A stretch of 64,000 bases of DNA from an uncultured Gammaproteobacteria bacterium (lineage in GTDB: Bacteria > Patescibacteriota > Patescibacteriia > SBBC01 > CAIJZX01), in the NCBI GenBank assembly GCA_964397195.1, contig CAYNGY010000002.1:180012-244011 (forward strand), in the 5' to 3' direction. Position numbers and translations under genes: made by a program. The notes beneath the pieces are model-generated. The model made no database searches. It had not been told where the DNA came from and saw only the letters and a program-made list of their open reading frames with translations. Every line of letters begins with the position of its first letter. Position 1 is the first letter of the stretch. Positions 1 to 9,000 of the stretch are shown in pieces.

Positions 1-3000
1 ATCAGCAGCGAGAATTATCAATTCCGGCGGTGGTACGCTCACGTTTTCCGGCGCCCCATCCGGCGCATTCAACTTCGTGGTTGGTGGCAGTGGGAACACG
101 ACGTTTTCAACCGCCTTTCCAAATGCTGCGGCGACGATTACGAAATGGGGTGCTGGAACTATGACCATCACCGGAACCAACCTCAACACCGGATTAGTTC
201 AAGTGAACGCCGGCACGCTCAAGTACGCCGCCACCACGACACTCGCGGCGCCAAACCTGATCGTAAATGGTGGAACATTTGATTTCAATGGGAATACTGA
301 CACGATTGGGACAGTCACGATGCGGAGTGGGACGATTACCGACTCGAATGGCACGCCGGGCGCTTTGACCGGCGCGACGGCGTATGAGCTCTATTCGGGG
401 ACGATAAGTGGAGTGCTGACTGGTGGTGGTGTTCCGCTGAACAAACGTACGGGCGGGACAGTCACGGTCACAAAATCACAGTCCTATACAAACTTAACGA
501 CTGTCCTAGCGGGAACGTTGCAATATGGTGCAAGCAACATCATTGCTGATGCGGCTGCGATCACGGTAAATGGAGGGACGCTCGATGTTCAGTCATATGC
601 TGACACGCTCGCGACGGTGACGTTAACGAACGGGTATATTATCGGCGGCGGAACATTAACCGGATCTGCGTATAACGTGATGAGTGGTAGTATCAGCGCG
701 ATCCTAGCCGGTGCGGTTAATCTGACGAAGACAACAGGCGGGACCGTTACCCTGTCTGGGACAAACACCTTCTCTGGGATTACAACCATTAGCGGTGGCA
801 CACTCAGCGTCGGGTCAATCGGAAACGGCTTATCGGCTGGAAACTTAGGCGCGGCCTCAAATGCTGCCGCGAACATCGTCTTCAATACGGGGACGGGAAC
901 GTTAGCCTACACCGGTGGTAGCGCTTCAACCGACCGCAACATCACCACCACGACAGGGATCACGATGCAAATCGACGTGACGAACCCGGCGGCGGTCTTG
1001 ACGTGGTCCGGGGCAACGACGGCGACGACTGCACCGTACACGAAAATCGGTCCCGGTACGCTTATTCTCTCCGGATCCAATCTTCACACTGGATTAAACA
1101 CCGTGCTGGCTGGGACACTGAAACTCGGCGCTGCAAACGTACTAGTGACCGGGGGGTTAACAGTTACGAACGGAACGTTTGATCTGAATAATTTTTCTGA
1201 TAGCTTAGGGGCGATTACGATTTCTAAGGATGGTCAAATTATTGATTCTGTCGGAACAACGGCAATTCTGACCACGTCGGCGGCCGGGGTGTACCAAAGC
1301 GGCACGATCAGCGCTAGAATCACCGGTTCTTCGGCCTCGGCTTTTACCAAGTCGACTTCCGATCGCGTCATTCTTTCCGGCAATAATACGCACACCAGCA
1401 CGGCAGTGACGTTGAGCGCCGGCGCGTTAAACCTACAACACAGTAATGCGCTCGGTATCTCGACGACGGCACTGCTCGTCACGGAGACTTCCGGAGCGGT
1501 TGTTGAAGTCCAGAACACGGTCACGATTCCGAGCAACAAAACATTTAATATCAGCGGGACGGGTGTTAACCTGGGTGGGGCAATCGAGAATGTGGCTGAT
1601 TCGAATACGTTGCAGGGGACAATTACTCTTGGTGCATCGAATACCCGAATTAATTCAAATCTTGGCACGCTGACCATCAGCGGTAATATCGCCGGCAATG
1701 CTCTTAATGTCGTCTATGGTGGAGCGGGAAATATTGCCCAGAATGGCACCATTGGCACGACCTCTGGGACACTGACGAAAGATGGAACGGGGATACTATA
1801 CCTACCGAACGCAAACACATATACGGGTCTGACGACAATAAATGCTGGTATTATTGATATTCAAAACGCGACATCACTCGGTACAACCGCAAACGGGACC
1901 GTGGTCAACAGTGGGGCCACGTTACGATCGTCTGTTTTCGTGACTGTCGGCGTCGAAGCCTTGACCTTAAACGGTACGGGGGTGAGTAATGTTGGTGCGC
2001 TGCAAAGCTACGTTGAAGCCGTGACCTGGCAGGGTGCCGTTACATTAGCAAGTAATGCTTCGATCGGTGTCAACGATTCGCCGGCTTCCATTACTGGAAC
2101 TATTATCGGTTCTGGGTCGAACGGATTAACGAAAGTGGGATCGGGTTCACTGACGGTTTCGACGACGACGCTCGGCGGGGACCTGACCATCTCAGCCGGG
2201 ACGCTCGTCGCTTCGGGCTCGAGCGTTATCAGTGTTGGCGGGAGTTGGTCAAATAGTGGGACCTTTACGGCCAATAGCTCGACTGTTAGTCTGACTTCAA
2301 CCACCTCGGCTACGATTACCGGCAACACCACGTTCAACAATTTCTCCGTGACCGGTATTGGCGCGGCGAAAACGATCAGCTTCGTCCACGGTTCAACGAC
2401 GACAGTGAGCGGGACCTGGACGGTCAATGGCGGTGCGGTTGGGACACGGATTGTCCTGACGCGTGACAACACGTCGAACTGGAATGTGAACCCCGCGACG
2501 GCCGCTCTTGATTATGTCGATATTTCGTACGTGACAAACCAAGGATCGTACTTCTGTGCGACGCATTCAGTTACGGCGAACGGCGGTAACGCAAACATTG
2601 GTGTGACCAGTGGGACGGCTTGTGGGGTGACCGTCTCCGGCTTCATTTATACGAACGACGCGTCGAGCGCATTAAATTGTACGGTCGGTGGAACACGCAC
2701 TGTGGCGGTGAAAGTGAATGGATCCGGATCGTTTACTGGGGCCTGTTCAAGTAGCTCAGGAGATTTCACAGTGAGTGCGGTGCCAATCACGGCGGCTGGC
2801 GATGTGTTGACCGTGTTCATATCGGGCGCGACCGAGAAAGCGGCGACTGTCACTATCGCGGCCGACAATACGTCAGATATCACAAATATCCCGCTCCGAG
2901 TTAGTCGGTTGGTGGTGACGCATGAGAGTGCCGGGCCAATCACGAACCATGCCACGACCGGGATTGGGCGGTACGACAAAGACGATGATGCGACGAACCT

Positions 3001-6000
3001 GTTCTTTACGGCCAACTCGAATAACCTCGTCGTCGACGCCGGCTATAAGCTCATGGTCAATTCCGGGAAAACCTATACGCCGGGTGGGAATGTGACGACC
3101 GGACCTTCTACCAACGCGGCCACGGTGGACGGTGATGTGAATATTCCGGCTACGTCGACATTGAACCTCGGCACCAATACATTGTCTGTCGGTGGGCATC
3201 TGGTGAACGCCGGGACATTAAATAGTTCGGCTGGGTCGGCGATTGTTTTCACCAGTACCGCATCGGGAACGATGACGATTACCGGCGGCGGTGCGACGAT
3301 TTATGATCTAACACTGAACAATGCGAGCGGGCACTGGACAAACTCGGGGAATATCACGATCAACGGCAATTTCAATTTAACGGCCGGTGAATTTATTCAG
3401 GCGAATAGCACGACGATAACTGTCAACGGAACTGGTTTTACCTTAGCGAGTGGTTCAACATGGACGAAGGCGACATCGGGCGGCAATCTGATCCTTGAAA
3501 ACGGATCGAACCTCTCGTTTACGGATAATACGTCGCCGAAACAAAATCTCGGAGCGGTTCAAATCGGCGCCAGCCCCGGAACGACAACGTTGACGACAGA
3601 TATGAGTGCGACCTCGGTCACCATTCCGAACGGCGATACCTTTAACACAAAGGGGTATGACGTGACGACGACGGACTTCTTCGATTGCCAAGGTACTTGT
3701 ATCTTGAACTTAACCGATACCGGCCCGAGTAATGAAGGCGACGGGACGGTGCTTGATGTCGGCGGGGATTTCTCGATGTCGGATACCGCGACGTTTACGG
3801 CGGCGACGAGTATCTTGTTCATGAATAGCACGGCCGCCGCAAATTCGAATCGAACATGGATTACCGGCGGGAAGACGTACAACCATGTCGAATTAAAGAA
3901 TGCTGGGACATCTTTAAGCACCATCGAACCGTCTGGTGATGTTGATGTCAATGGCGATTTTACCATAACGGATGGGTACGTTGATTTCGGTGCGAACCCG
4001 CCAGTAACGGTGACGACGGCCGGGAATGTGACTATTGTGGTCGGGGCAACGGTCGTTGCACCGGACTCGTGGACCTTCGATGGCTCGGGGACAAAAACGT
4101 GGACAGATGGGACATCGGGTGGCGGTCAAAACCTCGGTGCGGTCGCCATTAATGGGAGTAGTAAAACCGTTAACCTTGGATCAGACGCGAAAGCGACAAC
4201 CGTAACCATTGCGGGGAGTCAAACACTGGGACTCGCCTCATCGGGGTATACGTTAACCATCACCGGATCTGGGACGGCTGGCTCGCGCCCATTCCAGAAT
4301 AATGGCACGCTCAACGAGGGGACGGACTCGACAGTCAAATATACCGGTACGGCGACGACGGATCTGTTCGACGAGACCTACTACCATTTGACGCTCGCCC
4401 CGGCTTCCGGGTCGCCGACGTTTAACATGGGGCCGGACGGCGTTTCGGGTTTCACGGTGACGGGGACATTGACCGTTGGCGACGCGACGCATGCGGTCAC
4501 CCTTGATACGAACTTTGACGATCAGCAGTACCTCAACGACGTCGTTATAGCTAATGCCGCAACATGGAATACGAATGCCGTTAATGGTCAGAGCATGTCG
4601 GGCAGTCTCGTCATGAACGGCACATTAACGATTAATGACGTTCTTGGGTTTACCGCGGCCACCCTCGGGCACACGATTTCTGGTAGTACCCTCAACTCGA
4701 CCGGGGCGTTGACGGCGGTTGTGTTTGATGGTGTCGGCGGAGGCTGGACCATTCAAAACGATACGGCATTTAGTAGTTTTAACATTATTGGCGGTTCGGT
4801 CATTCAAGGGCCAAATGTGAATATCACGGTTGATGGAGCCTGGGCGATGGCTTCAGGTACGACGTTTACCAAAGCTTCGGGGTCCGGGACGGTGACCTTT
4901 ATTGGGACGAGCGCGACCACCTTTACCGACAGCACGGCCAGTAAGCAAAATATTGGCGATGTGTTTATCACAAAAACGCATGGTACGCCGAGTAATAATA
5001 AAGTCACCTTAGCCTCTTCAATGCTCGCGGATACGGTCACCGTCAGCGCGAGTAATACACTTGATCTGGCGTCTGGCGGGTATACGCTGACGGTGGCAAA
5101 CGTCGGATCCTCGGCTGATCCTTTAACGGTGACCGGCACGTTGACGGCTTCCGGCAGTTCAACTGTGGCGTTAACCGCGACGAATAGCGGGGGAAGCGTG
5201 AACATTCCTACCACGACGTACTATGCCTTAGGTCTCGGGACGACCGCCGATTCGACGGCCGAAACCTACGTCTTGTCTGGGAATACGACGGTCAGCACTG
5301 TCTTGACGGTTGGGAATGCGTCCTCAGGAGCCGCCGATGCGTTTGATGCTTCGTCGCGGACGCTGACATTGCCAGGCGGCGGTACGCCTTTTGTGCTGAC
5401 TAGCCAAGGGACCTTTACAGCTTCGTCATCAACCGTGAATTATACCGGCGGACCATCGACTGTCACGGTCGTCGGCGCGACATATAATAATCTTGGGGTT
5501 GGGACGACGGTTGATATTACGACGGGCGTTATATATCAACTCGCCGCGAACACGACGGTGAGTGGAGTTCTGACCGTCGGAAATACTGGATCCACGAACA
5601 TCGATACCCTCGACGGCTCGTCAAGAACCTTAACGCTTTCCGGGTCCGGGACGCCGTTTGTCTTGACCTCAAAAGGGGCCTTCGCGCTCGGTACCTCGAC
5701 TGTCCTGTATAGTGGGACGTCGGCTACCACTATTGCGGCCACGCAATATTATAGTCTGACGACTGGGGTGAATGATGGGAATACGGTCACCTATACTCTC
5801 GATACTACTGCTGTTTCAAATACCTGTGCGACCGGGTCGACTGGGACGTATACTCAGGCATGTGGCGGGACATTGGCGATTACGACGGGTGATACGCTGA
5901 CGATCACCGGTGTCAACTTGTCCCTTTCGGCGGGCGGTACCCTTGTGTTGGATGGGACGATGGACGGAACTGGTACCTTCACCTATTTCTCAACGACGGA

Positions 6001-9000
6001 GTTCCCAAGCTCGGGCACGGTTTCGGTGGCGACTATCTACATGAACCTTTATTATAATGACGTAACGTTGAGTCCGCGGACATATGGCGGAGACGTCCTG
6101 GCCATTTCGTTTACTGGTTCAAATCGGACGCTCTATTTTGGGGCGGTATCTGAGGCCGGATCGCTCACGATTGGGGGTAGCAAGCGTTTGTTACTATACG
6201 CACAAAGTACCGGAAATATCACGCTTGATAACACTCGGAATAATTGGAACGTCACGATAGGAACCGATCTTCAAACACCGGGGAGCGGGGGCGGAACGGA
6301 AACTATTCTGGCTGGTTCCGGCACGTGGACTGCGAGCGGAAACGTGACGTTTACCAACGGGATATTTACCGCTGGTTCGAGTACGTTGACGATGAACGGT
6401 ACATCAAAAACGTTGACCTCGGCCGGAAACGCGCTCAATAATTTCAATCAGACCGGTGGGACGGTGACGATGTCTGGTGCGACTACCGTCAATAACAACT
6501 TTACCATTACCAGCGGGACGTTGACGGCGCCGAGCGCGGCAAACCTGAGTGTTGGCGGCGACTTCAATAATGCGGGAACCTTCACCCATAACTCGGGGAC
6601 GGTCATCATGACCGGGACGAGCAAAAATATTACCGGCGGCTCGGCCACAACCTTCAACAACCTGCAGATTTCCGGGACGACTGGCATTGATGCGGCTGGG
6701 AGTGATGCGACCGTGGCTGGGACGTTGACGGTCGATTCGTCAAAAATTTTGACAATTAATACCGGCCGAGTGGTCACTCACACAGGTACGACCGACGTGG
6801 CAAATTCTGGAACGATACAGGGTGCCGGGACATTACGCTTTACGAGCTCTTCGACCGGTGGGCCTGGAACCGGCGGGGCTATCAACTCGATTGTTCGATT
6901 TGATGCGAGCGGCGCTAGTATCCCGACGGCGGTCGTCGATGCGCGGACATATGGTGGTGACCTCGAATACTATTCGAATGTGGCCGCGGTGCGTACGATC
7001 ACCCCGGCAAGTACGACTCACACGGTGAGCGGGAATTTGAAGATCATAACCGGTGCCAGTCAGACGTCCTCGTTTACCGTCGCGGCAAATACAAACAATC
7101 CGACGTTCACGATTGCTGGCAACCTGAGTTATACGAAGGGCGCTTCGGCCACGCCGGCTGTGACCAGTGGGTCCGGGACGTGGACGGTAAGCGGCGACGC
7201 GACCTTTACCAATGGCACATATACGCCATCAACGAACAATACGTTCGTGATGGATGGATCAGGGAAGACTGTAGCCAGTACGGTCAGTTTTTATAAATTT
7301 ACGAGCAACGGCACAATTACATCTACCGGGAATGTTAGTGTGGCAAATATTCTGACGCTTCAATCCGGTAAGAGTCTGACTGTTTCGGGGACCTTGAACT
7401 GCTCCAATGCGAGCACGATCGTTATGACCGGGGCGACGCTTGATGGCGCCGGTACCCTTATATACCAAAAAGGCGGGACGGGGTTCCCGACCGATGGGAC
7501 GTTAAATATCGCGACGACGATGTTTGCGCCGACAACGGGGGCCGTAACCATCCCAAGTCGAACGTATGGTGGTAGCGTAGTATGTGAAGATGGATTGTCT
7601 GCCACCACTTGCACATTGACGGGGACGCCGATTATTACCGGCAATCTTTCGTTGTACGATGTCAGCTTGGGGGCGTCGTTTGATGGTACGCCGACATCAG
7701 TTACGATCGGCGGGAATTTCTCAGGGATCAATAATGGTGGCGGGAATGGATTGACCATGGCTGGGACGTGGACGGTCAGTGGCGACTTCGACATGTCGAG
7801 CCTGTCGAGTTTTAGCGCCGGGACGAGCTCGTTGGTCATGAATGGTGCCACCAAAACGCTGACCACGAACGGGAATAGTTTGTATGATTTTAGTGTCTCG
7901 GGTGGGAGTGTTTCCGTGGCTGGCACAAATGCGACGGTGTCTCATGATTTGACGGTGAGTAGCGGGGTGCTGACCGCTCCGACGGGAACGCTTTCCGTCG
8001 GTCGTAATTTTGCCCATTCGGGCGGAACATTTACACACAATAACGGGACTGTCGCTTTAACGACGAGTACGGCGGCGGCGGTATCGGGGAGTACTACATT
8101 TAAGAATCTCTCGGTGACCGGGATTGGGGCGGCTAAAACTATCACCTTCACGGCCAGCTCGACCCAAACGGTGACGGGGACGTGGACGGTGACCGGCGCA
8201 TCAGGGCAGATTGTGACCTTGCAATCGAGCTCGTCACCCACCAAGTGGAATATTAACCCGACGGCGGCGAGCGTCAGTTACGCGGCTGTGACCGACTCCG
8301 ATAACCAAGGCGTTTCGTTCTGCGCCACGTTCTCAACGGGAAGTAGTAATACCGGTTGGTCAATCGGTGCTGGGGCGAGCTGTGGTATTACGGTGTCGGG
8401 GACAGTCTATCAGTCGTCGAATGAAGGGTCAGGATATGGATGTAACAGCGACAACCTGACCATGTATGTTGCGGTTAATGGTGATGTCACTCCGGATTCT
8501 GGATTATGCAATTCCGCAGGCGGGACATTCACCATCACCGGTGTGACCGACCCGGGCGCGGCGAATATTCCCATTGCGGTCTACATCGATACTGGGGAAT
8601 CGGTGAAGGGGACGACCGTCACGCTGTCGAGCGCCAGCGGAGCCGACATTTCAGGGCTTTCGTTGATGCTCGATCGACTGGTCGTGAGTCAACAGAGCGG
8701 GACGGCCACGACGAATTCTCACTTAAACACGGCCGATAACGGAAATGCCGGTATTCGATATGCCGTGTCCGGCGGTGCGTTAACCGTTGACGCGGGGATG
8801 GAGCTCCATGTCCTGAGCGGAAAAACATTCACACCGGGCGGCGCAGTAACCACAACGGCGACTGGAACAGCGGCGGGAGCGGCCGGCGATGTGCATATCG
8901 CCGGGACGTTAACGATGGGTACGAACGCGCTCAATGTCGGTGGCGACTATACAAATGCCGGTACATTTAATAAAACGAACACACAGACGACAACCTTTGC